Shown: positions 39,380 to 51,660 of the stretch, piece by piece | Position numbering within the stretch: the stretch's first letter is position 1 | Layout of the letters: the number at the start of each line of letters is the position of its first letter | Assembly: GCF_036971445.1 (NCBI RefSeq) | Contig: NC_091476.1 | Location: forward strand, 26,598,001-26,662,000 | From: Narcine bancroftii | Lineage: Eukaryota | Reading direction: 5' to 3' | Length of the DNA: 64,000 nucleotides | Notes under the pieces: generated by a model | Seen by the model: the letters and a program-made list of their open reading frames with translations, nothing else | What the model was told of the DNA's origin: nothing | Databases searched by the model: none | Program-made: the position numbers and the translations under genes

Positions 39380-39740
39380 TGGATTCATTCCAGCATCTGT
39401 GCCATATTAGCTACTGTCCGCTGAAGCACTGATGAACCAGAGAGAAGAATCAGCCACTGTTTTCATTGCTTCTGTAGTAATCTCTATTGGAAAGTGTTGC
39501 TATCAGTCAAGAAGATCATTGGGCTCGATCTTGAACAATTCACATTGGATCAGCTCCTCAGCAGCCAATGTCCAGGCCAACATCAAAAACAGATGATCAT
39601 TAACTCATCACAGGAGCTTGCTATGAAGAAATAATTGTTGTTTTAGATATTTAACACTTGTGAGTACAGTTCAGAATGCAGCATTCCTTTAAAGCATGAG
39701 GTCTTGAATGGTGCTTAATCACATTCCCTATAGAGTCCTT
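39380..39740 (+). mobile_element. Ancient Deu-domain SINE-like remnant
   Basis: GGAGCTTGCT...ACACTTGTGAGTACAGTTCA...GAGGTCTTGAATGGTGCT resembles my recollection of the SacSINE1/DeuSINE 3' part; very degenerate. Confidence 0.35.
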
Positions 39741-41260
39741 CCTTGCTATTCCTTTCAATCGCAGGTCTAAAATGACCATTTCTGATCTCTGGCAAAAGGA
39801 AACCAGTGATCACGGAACAGTACTTCAGCATGAATGAGTGCTTTCAGGAGATGGTGGAAAGAATCGGAAGAAATAAACCTGAAAGAGGAAAATCACTTTC
39901 CTTTGTTGAGGTAAGCTAAGATGTTAAAAGCTGTCTCCAGAAGTGAAATATTTAATGTAATTTTTCAAGGTTTAGCATTCTGTATTGCAAACATTTGTAT
40001 GAAATGGAAGGGGTGTGCTGGTACCAACATTTGCATCTGCCACAGGTATAAGCCAGTAAAATCCTGAACTACCCACAGACACTGCAGATGTGTCCTTTCC
40101 AGTCCCTTGGTGTGTTTAGTCTTGTCAAAGAGGGAGCAGAATCAATAATTTCTCCCAGAAGGTTTAACTTCAGTTTCCTGCTAATTTTTCTTACTTAAAA
40201 TCAGAGTTAATGTGTCTGAATTAGTGCCACTTTCACCAACTTTTTGAGAGAGAGCTTAAGGAAGATTAATGGGAAATTGAACTGAGGTCTGAACCTGCTC
40301 CTGTGGCAGACCAAGCTCCTGTTCATATATAATCAATGTTAACGTCCTTTTCTTGCAATTTCCATCCTTCAGCTGAGCTTTTGTTTGGCTTCTGGCATCC
40401 TACCTTTCGGCAAAGGGCCACTCTAGGTGTGTGATCTTTGCCTGTCGACTGCTTTGTGGCAATGCCCAATTTTGTCTTCAAATAACATCCTTCTGTGTGC
40501 ATTGGATCACCGGGTAATGGCAAAGGACATTGAATAATGATAACTACTTCAATCCATTTTGGCTCTGAGTTCAATTCCAGTGTCCCGAAGGGTAATGCTG
40601 GGTGAGACTAGTTAGCCATGTAGGAGTCAGGAATAAGCCTGTCACAGTGTTCAGTGTTCACTGTATTTCTATCAGTGGTGTCACAAGTGACTTTTGACAT
40701 AAGCAGCTGGATGCTGCGCTAAAACAGCAATAAAGTAAGATTTCCTGCTCCTAGAGAAAGGACAAGGATGCAATTTGAATGCTTTGTGCTGATACATTTT
40801 AAATAAAGGCTTACCTTTGAGGCATTGACCTTTCTAATGTGTGCTCTTCATTTAAAATGCTGTATAATGCAAACTGTTGCTGTACAATTCATGGGTTTCC
40901 TCAGAAACAAATATCAGCAATAATTTAAATTGATATTTACATAAAATGAACAATCCCGGCTCATCTCAGATGAAAACCAGTTCACTTCCACTTGAACCTA
41001 ACATTTTATCTGGATTTAATCAAATGTTGGTGCCTTGAAACCCAAAGTACACACGACATGTTTTATAAATAATCCAGAAAAATCTTTCTCTAGTTTGCAG
41101 AATTTATGATAAAATGAGAAACTTTGTCATTCTTTCCAGTCAGATATGAAATAGGTTTCAGGCTAGACATGATATATTCCATCATGTTCCTGCATTCCTT
41201 TACTCAAACAAGATAAGCCAGGTGATTAGAGGATTCACCAAACTTAGAAGAGTAAAATTG

Positions 41261-41576
41261 CAGATGGTCCCCGAATTATGGCTGTAGTTAGTTCCAAGGA
41301 CCCAGTCATTCCTCAAAATGGCCACAAGTCGGAACTCCACTGTAAACCTCTGTACCCATTTAGAGTTTGTTAAATCCAACATGGTGGCGCCCAAGCCAGC
41401 TCTCATGAGAGGTTGAAAACCAAGGCCTGCTCTCACGAGAGGTTGACCACCATTGCCAGTGACACTATTTTTGAAAGGTAGGCCCCTACTTTCATCAGAA
41501 AAGCATTAATTTTTATATTTACATACATTTTTTTTTCGGTCATATGTCACATCAGTGACAGGTCAAGGACTACCTG
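41261..41576. mobile_element. Tc1/mariner (Tigger/pogo-like) MITE
   Basis: TIRs CAGATGGTCCCCGA / TCAAGGACTACCTG followed by TA; internal ~30-bp tandem duplication at 41390-41446. Confidence 0.65.
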
Positions 41577-41824
41577 TATAAGTTCACTTTTCTCTACTTC
41601 CTCGCTAGCATCTGCAGCCTCTTTTGCTTCCATTTGTTTGAGAACCTGTTGTTAAATATTTTCTTCATCAATAGAGGCGATGCCTGAAGACGATCTATCA
41701 ATTTTGCATGCATGCAGCATGCCCCTTTATATGAACAAGCTTCAATTTAAATTACTGATCATTTTATGCCCATTTCTAGTACTCTCTCTGCAGTCACCAA
41801 CTCTTTTTACCCTCAGCATTTTTT

Positions 41825-42025
41825 AAAAAATTAGACGTATTTAGACGCGGTAACAGGCCATTTCGACCCACGAGTCAGTGCAGCCCAATTTCCACCTAAT
41901 TAACCTACACCCTGATCCGTTTTTGAACTGTGGGAGGAAACCGGAGCCCCAGGGAGAACATACAAACTTCAGTCCCGGTCACTGGCGCTGTAAAGGTGTT
42001 GCACTAACGCTTTGCTAACCATGTT
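41825..42025 (-). mobile_element. HE1-type SINE with internal deletions
   Basis: GGTAACAGGCCATTTCG...GGGAGGAAACCGGAGC...CTGGCGCTGTAA...CTAACC. Confidence 0.8.
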
Positions 42026-42411
42026 GCTGATAACAAATTATGGATATGACCAAGTGACATAGAGGTTAAGGCCTCCATCTTCATGTCCATCCGTTATCTC
42101 TTTGCTAAAGGCAAAACAATCATTTGATATTCCAGCCTTTCCCTTTGCGTGAATGCGTACATTCAGTTTAGTCCCTCTTTGGCCCCATTACACTTGATAT
42201 CTACTTACGATTTACAAAATGGAAAATTACTTGAGTTTGTTTTTATACCAGCTACCATTCTCCACATAAACGTGCCAATTTACTTTCCAACTCCCTTTTC
42301 AGCTTATGTTTTACAAGGTTCACACTTGAATTCCTACTATACTTCTGGTCCTTTGGAACTCGAGAGCCTTGAACCAAGAGTGGAGACCTGAGGAACTCAT
42401 GCATTGCCTTG

Positions 42412-43464
42412 AGTCAAGTTAAGTCAAGTCAAGTTTATTGTCATCTGTTTGCACAAGTACAACTCGATGAAACAGCGTTCTCCATTCCTCAGTGCAAAAT
42501 ACGTAGGCACACAACCAGACATAACACGCATACAGACAAATAATGCATATGCAGGACATGTATTTCATCTGTAAAAATAAATAAATAAATGTTGTTTCAT
42601 GAACATAAGAGTCTCTGATGGTTAGGGAGAGCAGTTCTTTTGGGTGTTCAGTAGTCTCACTGCCTGTGGGAAGAAGCTGTTCTTCAACCTGGTGGGGCTA
42701 GCTCTGATCCTCCTGTTTCTCTTTCCTGACAGGAGCAGCTGAAAGATATTGTGTGCAGGGTGGAAAAGGTCCTCAATAATTTTGTGTGTCCTCTTCAGAC
42801 AATGATCCTGATAGATCATTGGTGGTGGGGTTGGTGGTGGGAAGGGAGACTCCAGTGATCCTCTCTGCCACTCTTATGGTCCTGTGGATTGACCTCTGAT
42901 CCATTTCTCTGCAGCAACCATACCACATTGTGATGCAGCCGGCCAGGACGCTCCCTATAGAACTCCTATAGCATGTTAAAATAATGGTGGTTAGTAGCCT
43001 TGCCTGCTTCAGTCTTCTCAGGAAGTTTAGTCGCCTTCCTGACAAATGAAGAGAATTTGAGTGTCCACAATAGGTCACTAATTATATGAACTCCAAGAAA
43101 CTTGGTGCTCTCATCCTCTCTACTATAGAGTTGTTGATGTGTAGTGGAGGGTGGTTGCTCTTGTCCTCCCGAAGTCCACAATCATCTCCTTCGTCTTGTC
43201 CACGATGAGGTTGTTACTCTTGCACCATTTCACCACTTCTTCTCTGTAGTGCGACTCATCGTTGATGTGATAAGGCAAACAACTATTGTGCCATCTGCAA
43301 ACCTAATGACACTTGTTGGAGCTGAATCTGGTGATGCAGTCGTGGACCAGTAGCAAGAATAGCAGCAGGCTGAGCACATAGCTCTGAGGTGCGCCAGTGC
43401 TCGACGTTCTGCTACTGACCTGAACAGACTGTGGTCTTTCCGTTAGGAAGTTCAGAATCCAGTT
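42412..43464 (-). mobile_element. Rex1/Babar LINE, 5'-truncated
   Basis: NWILNFLTERPQSV, TGAPQ, FLRRLKQA, RLKNSFFPQAVRLLN; (CTTGA)n tail. Confidence 0.92.
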
Positions 43465-44593
43465 ACTGGTATAATTAGCTTCTAGCAAGCAGAAACATCT
43501 TGCTTAGCACGTGTGTGGTTCCATCCAGTGGGGAATCTTCCCCTTACTTCTCTTAATTTTAATTTTGCAAAAATTCACTTTATTTTTGTACATGTTGCAC
43601 AAGCTTCTGTCTCTGAACCAACATCAATGTTATGCAAACTATTGCTGAACAAATTTCTCTGTGTGAAGGGGTTGCATTGGTAGTAAAGCTGAGTTGGTTG
43701 GTCTGAGTTTATTATTACCATTGCTGTTAGATTCTTCCTTAAAAGGAAGAGTCTTGCTGTGAATTGATGTCCATATATTCATAGCTAGAATTCCTGCCCT
43801 CACATGGTGCTTCTGCAATGGAGCCTTCCCTGGTGTTTGCTGTCACATTTGAAATTGGGTACTGTCAAAATTACTCAGCAGTTTTCACTACATTTTCATT
43901 ATGATGGCAAGTCCGGTCAAATGAAAGACACTACTTGGTTTAGAAAATCGCACTGAATCCTGCTGCATGTGAATTTTCACTCTCTTGATTGACTTCAGAA
44001 TTCACCAAAGTTGCAATGTCTGATAAATCTTTTAATACAATGGCATAGTCACTGAATATTTCACCTGCTGTTTTCTCCGTATGCAGAACATGTACAGTAA
44101 TTCCTTGCTATTTCAAATACCTGTGGATTTAAATTATCATCCAATTTTTGCACCACTTCTGTGAAAGGATCGCATCTGTGGCTTTCTATGGGACTACAAG
44201 CTGGTGATATTCCCAAAGCTAATCTTTATCAACAAAATAGCCTCTCATACTCTTGCATTGAACACTGAGTGCTGCACATTTTTAACATCATCAAGATTAT
44301 TGTTTCTGCAAAAGAATACTTCCATCCTTGTCATGTGGCCTGTGAAAGACTCATATATCTACTGTACATTCCCAGAAAGCCAGCAGAGCCCATCTGCTAT
44401 TTGTCCCAGTTGCCATCTGAAATGTTGCATGCAAACTTCCTCAACTCCACATTCATTTCCCTTCATGCCACAAATTATCCATGGCCTTCCTCTTTTTCTG
44501 GAATTGTTCTTTTCTGCATTTTTTCCAACTATAGTAACTGTGCACTGAGAATAATGACTTTGATCCCTTGTGACTGCATCACCAATCAAATAT

Positions 44594-44835
44594 TTTTAAA
44601 TGTAGAAATACAGCACAGAAACAGGCCCTTCTGGCCCCATGAGCCAGCACTGTCCAAATATACCCATGTGACTGATTAACCTACAAACCCTGTTCGTCTT
44701 TGGAATGTGGGAGGAAACTGGATTACTCGGAGGAAACCCATGCAAACTCACGGAAAGCGTACAAACTCCTTACAGAGAGCACTGGATTCGAACCTGGCAC
44801 TGTAAAAAATATTGCATTAACCGCTACACTTACTG
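44594..44835 (-). mobile_element. HE1-type SINE (donor of the copy at 46923-47074)
   Basis: Full SINE motifs TACAAACTCCTTACAGA...GGATTCGAACC and CR1-like tail. Confidence 0.88.
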
Positions 44836-45079
44836 TTATTACAGCTCCATTTTCCTGGTCTAACTCCATGATTCTATTAACACCTAAAGATAACTGCTAT
44901 CTCCAGAAGACCCAGGAGCTTTCAAACATGGGAGCATGTCATTTCACAGAGTGACAATAACTGATACATGTGCTTACATCAACAAATGATAACACCATTG
45001 TGTCACTTGCACACGACTCATCTGCTATCTTTAAGAAATGATTGAACCCTTGCAGCCCAGACAGTGAAGGTGCTCTCAC

Positions 45080-45242
45080 AATACTGGCCATTTGGAATTC
45101 TACAGCCTTGAATGAGGAGTGCAGCCATGAGGAACTCCTGCGTGGTCTTGGACTGGTATGATTAGCTTCTGGCAACCACAACCATCTTACTTAACACAAC
45201 ATGTGGTTCCATCCAGTGGAGAATCTTCCCCTTGCTTCTCTT
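45080..45242 (+). repeat. Old ~165-bp direct repeat; other copy is 42341-42411 plus 43465-43554
   Basis: Colinear similarity (about 76% left part, about 85% right part by eye) across the Rex1 insertion. Confidence 0.8.
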
Positions 45243-46922
45243 TATATCATTTTTTTTTTGCCTTGAAGCCACATCATTCAAATGCTGTTTTGACATCTAG
45301 GGATGAGGCAGGTGGGACCAAGTGTAAGAGCTCATTGGTCTCTACTTTCTACTTCCTATTCTTAAAGAATCACCCTGTTCTGAACTACAGTATTTATGTT
45401 TTCATTCAGAGCACTCACACTGCCTAAGCAATGCTGCCATCATGTGCTGCAATAGTTGTACTGCAGAAGAATCCACTAATGAAACATTATACTGTACTAA
45501 CACTTAGTTTCGTCTGCAATTGCAGGGCTGCGTGTTCACAATGTTCAATCACAGAACAACCTGTCTAGACAGGAAAGGAGAGCCATAAGTTTAGATCTGG
45601 GAGAAATGTACAGAATGGCCACCAACTTAATGTAGGTTATTGCACGAATTATGAATGTAATGTTGGTACAAATACTTTGAAGTGAACTTGAGAACTTGTT
45701 TTGAGTATAAACAAGCAAAACAAAATCCTACTAAATATAACAATGTAATGATGCCGTCCATCACTATTCGAGGTGATTTGTTCTCTGTGCAGTTCCTCCA
45801 CTGCTGTCCGGGTGGAGACATTGCACAAGAGTTGAATTCAGCAACAATTTGTAATTGATGAATTTCTCGAATGGCCAGGGAAATTATAGGAGGAAAAAGC
45901 TTGATGCTGGTAGGAAAGGGTTCTCAGTATTTTTAACCTGCTGAGTTTTCATCCTCTTTATCTGAAGGAGCAAAACTGGTGCTTTCTCCCTTTTACAAAG
46001 GTACAAACCCAATAATCACTGAAACAGGACCTACAGCCCACCAAGTTCTCACCATAAAAGCACCCATTTACACATTCTACATTAATCGCATTTTGGTTGA
46101 TAAATCCCACAGCAGAAGCTGGTTTCTGAGGGTTGCATTCAGGTCCAGACTGCAAATGTAAGGCACGAACTCATTATATCTTCTCTTATGCTGGAGATAC
46201 ATCCTTAACCTGTTAAATAACCACTGTTGATGAGAGTGAGTGTTGCAGACAAACACTCTATCTGAAATTGAGTACACTTCTGTAAAGTTGTAAAGTCAAA
46301 CTCATATCTTTACAAATGAAGAAAAATGAAAGTGATCTGCGACAATACAGCAATATATTACAGTTGATTGTAAAAATATTATATTTAATTCCTTCATCTC
46401 TACTTTTATGGTAACTATCTGAACATGTCCCTTATCAGGTGTGAAAAAAAATTATTTGAATAAATTTAATTCAACAATAAAATTTGATCATTTTACTGCC
46501 TTTTTCTCTATTCCTCAAATTCCTTTCATACACAGACAGCTTGTGCATTAATGTGTGTGTCCAAACACACTCTCTCTCTCTCTCTCTCTCACTCTCTCCA
46601 CAGTTAAGGTACCTTTGCACATAGCAAAGACTGAATATGGCTGGATGGTACTGTGGCCCATTATCAGACTGGTCAATCACTTAAATCATGGCAGAGCAAT
46701 TACCTATTATCAATGCTCCCTGCTCATCACCTTTTTCCTTTTGAAAGTAGTCGTTGAAGCAAAAAGGTAAACGCTAGTCCGTTATTTGGTGAGTTCCATG
46801 TGGTAATCATTTATTTAAGGAAAGGATAATTGTGTATGCAGTGGACCTCCAATAATCACAATCCAATTATTTGGAAATCACAATGGTTCAGTACCTGATT
46901 CATTACTCTGTGCAGTACCTGA

Positions 46923-47074
46923 AAATGTAGAAATATAGCACAGAAACAGGCCCTTCTGGCCCCATGAGCCAGCACTGTCCAAATATACCCATGTGACTGA
47001 TTAACCTACAAACCCCGTTCGTCTTTGGAATGTGGGAGGAAACTGGATTACTCAGAGGAAACCCATGCAAACTC
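46923..47074 (-). mobile_element. 152-bp copy of SINE 44598-44749, flanked by a 19-bp direct repeat
   Basis: 149/152 identical; ACTCTGTGCAGTACCTGAA at 46905-46923 and 47071-47089. Confidence 0.93.
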
Positions 47075-47554
47075 TGTGCAGTACCTGAAGTCTTGAGCAT
47101 TCTGGATTAACAAAATATAATGCTCATGTTTTATTTTATTAAATATTGAAACATAGGATGTAATTTCATTGCCGGCTGCAGCCAAAGTATTATTCTAGTG
47201 TGTAAAATTAGACCAGCATGAGACAGTTTCAATGGGTTTGAAGTGAATAAGCCATCTTGAGAGTACAATGTGATTCCATTGTAGACACCACTGCAGGCAT
47301 AATTTTATTACAAACTTTCACCATTATGCAGTTCCTGCATGAAAAATTGTGCAGCAAATCATTTGAGTTTGCAAGTTCTTCCTGTGACTACATTGACTTT
47401 CTTTGGCCGCAACAGTCCCCTTTTGCATTCCAAAGTCATGTGGGCTGGTAGGTTAATTGGTCACTGTAAACAACTAGCATAGCTGGATGGCAGGGATACT
47501 GGGTAACTTAATGAACAAGTGAGAGTGAAAGAGTTATAGGAAATAAGTGGAGGT

Positions 47555-48125
47555 ATGATCTGGATAAGTGTGAGGTGATGCATTTTTGGTAGGTCAAACG
47601 TGAAGGCAGAGTACATGGTTAATGGTAGATTATTTAGCAGTGTGGACAAACAGAGGGATCTTGGGGTCCAAATCCATAGATCTCTCAAGGTTGTCATGCA
47701 GGTGGATAGTAGAGAAAAGAAGGCCTGTGGTAAACTGGGCTTCAGTAATTGGGGGAATGAGTTCAGGATTCATGATGTAACATTGCAGCTCTGGAGAGAC
47801 CACACTTAGAATATTTTTTAAATTTCTGGTCACCTCATTGCAAGAAAGATGTGAAAGCTATGGAGAGAGTACGGAGGAGATTTACTTAGGGGTGAGTTTT
47901 TTACACAGAGAGTTGTGGGTGCCCGCAATGCTTTGCCAGTAGTGGTAGAGGAGGCAGGAACAATAGGGGAATTTAAGAGACTCTTAGATGGGCACATGGA
48001 TTAAATAAAAATAGAGGGTTATGAAGTAGAGAGGGATTTATTTTTATTGGTAGATATATATGGGTTGGCACTACGTTGTGGACAGAATGGCCTGCACTGT
48101 GTTGTAATGTTTTATGTTCTATGTA
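47555..48125 (+). mobile_element. CR1 RT 3' fragment with internal deletion
   Basis: DKCEVMH, YMVNGRL..VDKQRDLGVQIHRSLKV, FFTQRVV; TTCTATG tail. Confidence 0.87.
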
Positions 48126-48194
48126 TGATTCTGATGAGGAAGCTCTTAGGCTAAATAGCTTTCTGCATGGTATGAACTACAAATTAATTTACAT

Positions 48195-48480
48195 AGGAAC
48201 ATAAAAAATAAAAGCAGAGGTGTGTCATTTTGTCTTTTGGACCTGCTCCACTTTTCAACATAATCGTGGTTGATCATCTACATGGATTATCCTCCTTATC
48301 TTCTTTTCATCCCTTTAACATTAAGACATACAGTGTATCTCCTTCCTTCTTGAATATATGTAATGACTTGCCGTTTGTGGTAGAGAGGTTCCTAGGTTCA
48401 CCTCCCTTCTCCTAATCTCGGTTGAAAATGGTTTGCCCCATTATCCTGAAACTCTGACCTTTGGTTCTGGAATCTCCAAC
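48195..48480 (-). mobile_element. CR1 3' fragment, old
   Basis: CATAGGAACATA tail and CCTGCTCCAC...ATAATCGTGGTTGATC in reverse orientation. Confidence 0.65.
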
Positions 48481-48584
48481 TACAGGGAGAGGGATGGTGA
48501 ATTAAAGTGGAAAGCCACAAGAAGCTCAGGTTCAAATCTTGCTGATTGAGTGAATGTAGTCTGCAAGCTGAACTCAGCTACTTC

Positions 48585-48985
48585 CGTGCAAAGAATGCCT
48601 CAAGAAGGCAGCCAACATCATAAAGGACCTTGCTCACAATTCTACTTGCTGCTACCTTTGGGGAAAGAGATACAGAAACCTGAAGCTGAGCACCTCTAGG
48701 TTCAAGGACATTTTCCCAACAGCTATCAGGCTCTTAAAGCTCCCATTCCTACCCTAACCATAAACTCTTCCAGGACCACAAAAAGACTGTTTAATTTATA
48801 AAAATTTTTTTCTTGCACCAAACTCTAACTGAATATTTATTATCTCTCTCTGTTCTGGGGTAATTTAATGTATGCTATCAAAGTTGTTTTTTTAAATGAA
48901 ATTACCTGTTTGGTTGCAGCAAGTAAGAAATTTGTTGTATCTGTACATTGTACTTATGTGTATGGCAATAAGTTCATTGTCATCA
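48585..48985 (+). mobile_element. Rex1/Babar 3' fragment
   Basis: CLKKAANIIKD...LLP.GK.YRNLK..TSRFKD.FP.AIRLL. Confidence 0.8.
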
Positions 48986-49434
48986 TTTTCAAGGCCATAT
49001 TGTGATCACAAGATTGGAAGAAGAGCAAGTGAATATCAACAGCAAATGGAAAGACTAGTCTGCTAAATATCCCTTTCTCATTGACAATATTCAATCTAGG
49101 GTAGGTTGATCTTTAGACAGTTGCGCAACATATTGGTCTAAAAGAAACGTCATTTGCACTTTCCAGGAATTCTTCCTCCATTGTATTGCTGATCATGTGT
49201 TTGGATAACATAGTTTCAGTGTAATAAAATTTAAGTGTATAATAATTACATAGACTTGGATTTTGTGGTAAGCAATAAAGGCAGCTGAACTCAAAGAGTG
49301 CTCTGCTGTGAATATCACTTTTCTATCATCACTTGCTGTGTAGGGTTCCCTGGTGTGCAGCTTCAAGAAGCTGAGCAACCAATTTTAGCAGAAAAAAAAT
49401 GATGAAAGCAGACCAGATTTTATAGCAAGGTTTT

Positions 49435-50296
49435 ATACGACTGTGTGGCCAGGCACAATTCCAATGCCACCTACAAGTTTGCCGATGATGCCACAGTTGT
49501 TGGCAGAATCACAGATGCAATGAGTAAGCATACAGGAGGGAGATGGATCAGCTTGTTGAATGGTGTAACGACAACCACCTTGCACTCAATGACAGCGAAA
49601 CCAAGGAGATGGTTGTGGACTTCAGAAGGAAGTCAGGGGAACATGACCCAGTCCTCATCGAGGGCTCAGTAGTGCAGAGAGTCAAGAACTTCAAATTCCT
49701 GGGTGGCAACATCTCCGAGGATCTGTCCTGGAGCTTCCACGTTGAGGCAATCACAAAGAAGGCTCACCGGCTGCTATACGTTGTGAGGTGTCTGAGGAGG
49801 TTCGGTATGTCACCAAATACTCTTTTAAACTTTCACAGGTGTTCCATGGAGAGACATTTTGGCTGTTTGCATCACTGCCTTGTATGGAGGCATTAACTCT
49901 CAGGGCAAGAAAAAAACTCCAGAGGATTATCAACTCGGCCTGCGACATCACAGGCACCAGACTTCACTCCATCGAGGACATCTACATGAGGAGGTGTCTT
50001 AAAAAAGCAGCCTCTATCCTCAAAGACCCTCACCACCCAGATCATCCCCTATTCACTCTGCTACCATCAGCACTCAGTGAGCACAAGGACAATTTCTTCC
50101 CCGCTGCCATCAGATTCCTGAATAATCAATGAACCAAAGACACAGCCTTACTTTTTGTGCACTAGTATTATTATAATTTTATTTTATTTTTTATAGTCAT
50201 GTTGTAAGATGGTTCATAATATGTATGTTTGCTCTATGACGCTGCCACAAAACACCAAATTCATGACTTGTTCATGACGATAAATCCTGATTCTGA
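49435..50296 (+). mobile_element. Rex1/Babar LINE, 5'-truncated
   Basis: YKFADDATVVG, LVEWCNDNHLALN..TKEMVVDFR, FKFLG, KKAASILKDPHHP; CTGATTCTGA tail. Confidence 0.93.
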
Positions 50297-50950
50297 TAGC
50301 AAATGTTAACATTTCACAAAGCACAAAATAAAGATGAGTCTATATTCAAGAGTGAGCTAAAAAACTGAAGTTTTGAAATATTTCCTGAATAAATATCTTT
50401 TTTTTAAATATTATTTTTAAATCCATTGTATTTTGCAATATTTGTGTTTGGGGAATTAGTTGCATTCCATATTATTAGATTTTAGGGGAAATGTTTGCTA
50501 AACAGTAATAATGATTTCATATACTTTCAAAATCTCATACACGTTTTCAAGATGTTTTTAGATTAACTCATAAATAAAAGACATTTGAATCAATTTTTCA
50601 GTACTTCACTTTTTTTATTCTGGTAAAAGCTGCAAAGCAGAACAGCCTAAGAAGGAAAACTTTACCAACAGTATCCAGGATTTCCATGTTCAATTAGGCA
50701 TGTGTGGAAAGTCACCACCCACTTCACAGTGCAGGGATGACAGAAATTGATATTTACATTTGCAAAATCTGAACTACACTGCACATAACACAGTGTCAGC
50801 TGATTTTAACTATTTGGTATACAGTTTATATAATTATTCACCGTTTATGATGCAACACATAGAAAAATAGACAATCCGATTGACAACCATATCCATTTGT
50901 CAACTGTGTTAACTTTGCTGGAATGGTATTGATGAATCCATGGCAGTAAT

Positions 50951-51170
50951 GGGTGGCACAGTTAGAACAATGGTTAGCAAAATGCTATTACAGTGCCAAT
51001 GACCCAGATTCAAATCCGGCACAGTCTGTAAAGAGTTGGGACTGTGATCCGCCTGGGTTTCCTCCGGATGTTCTGTTTTCATTCCACCATCCAAAATGTA
51101 TAGGAGTAATTGGACGGCTTGGGTTTTGTGGGCTTGAAGGGCCTTTTACCATGCTGTATAATTTTATACA
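50951..51170 (+). mobile_element. HE1-type SINE
   Basis: GGGTGGCACAGTTAG head, GATTCAAATCC B-box, GAAGGGCC...ATGCTGTAT tail. Confidence 0.8.
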
Positions 51171-51174
51171 TTTT

Positions 51175-51660
51175 ATGGCAGAGGTCGACAGCATCGAGTC
51201 CACGCTGCTGAAGATCCAGCTGCGCTGGATGGGTCACGTCTCCAGAATGGAGGACCATCGCCTTCCCAAGATCGTGTTATATGGCGAGCTCTCCACTGGC
51301 CACCGTGACAGAGGTGCACCAAAGAAGAGGTACAAGGACTGCCTAAAGAAATCTCTTGGTGCCTGCCACATTGACCACCGCCAGTGGGCTGATAACGCCT
51401 CAAACCGTGCATCTTGGCGCCTCACAGTTTGGCGGGCAGCAACCTCCTTTGAAGAAGACCGCAGAGCCCACCTCACTGACAAAAGGCAAAGGAGGAAAAA
51501 CCCAACACCCAACCCCAACCAACCAATTTTCCCTTGCAACCGCTGCAATCGTGTCTGCCTGTCCCGCATCGGACTTGTCAGCCACAAACGAGCCTGCAGC
51601 TGACGTGGACTTTTTACCCCCTCCATAAATCTTCGTCCGCGAAGCCAAGCCAAAGAAAAG
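51175..51660 (+). mobile_element. Young RTE-clade LINE 3' fragment
   Basis: Intact frame QLRWMGHVSRMEDHRLPKIVLYGEL...RGAPKKRYKD, C-terminal CNRC..SRIGLVSH zinc motif; CpGs retained. Confidence 0.95.

Noticed and set aside
45793-45858. FLHCCPGGDI, kinase-hinge-like, after an acceptor-like site
   Set aside because: In-frame stop and no other kinase motifs
50953-51603. 216-aa ORF as a host gene
   Set aside because: Chance fusion of a SINE with an RTE C-terminus
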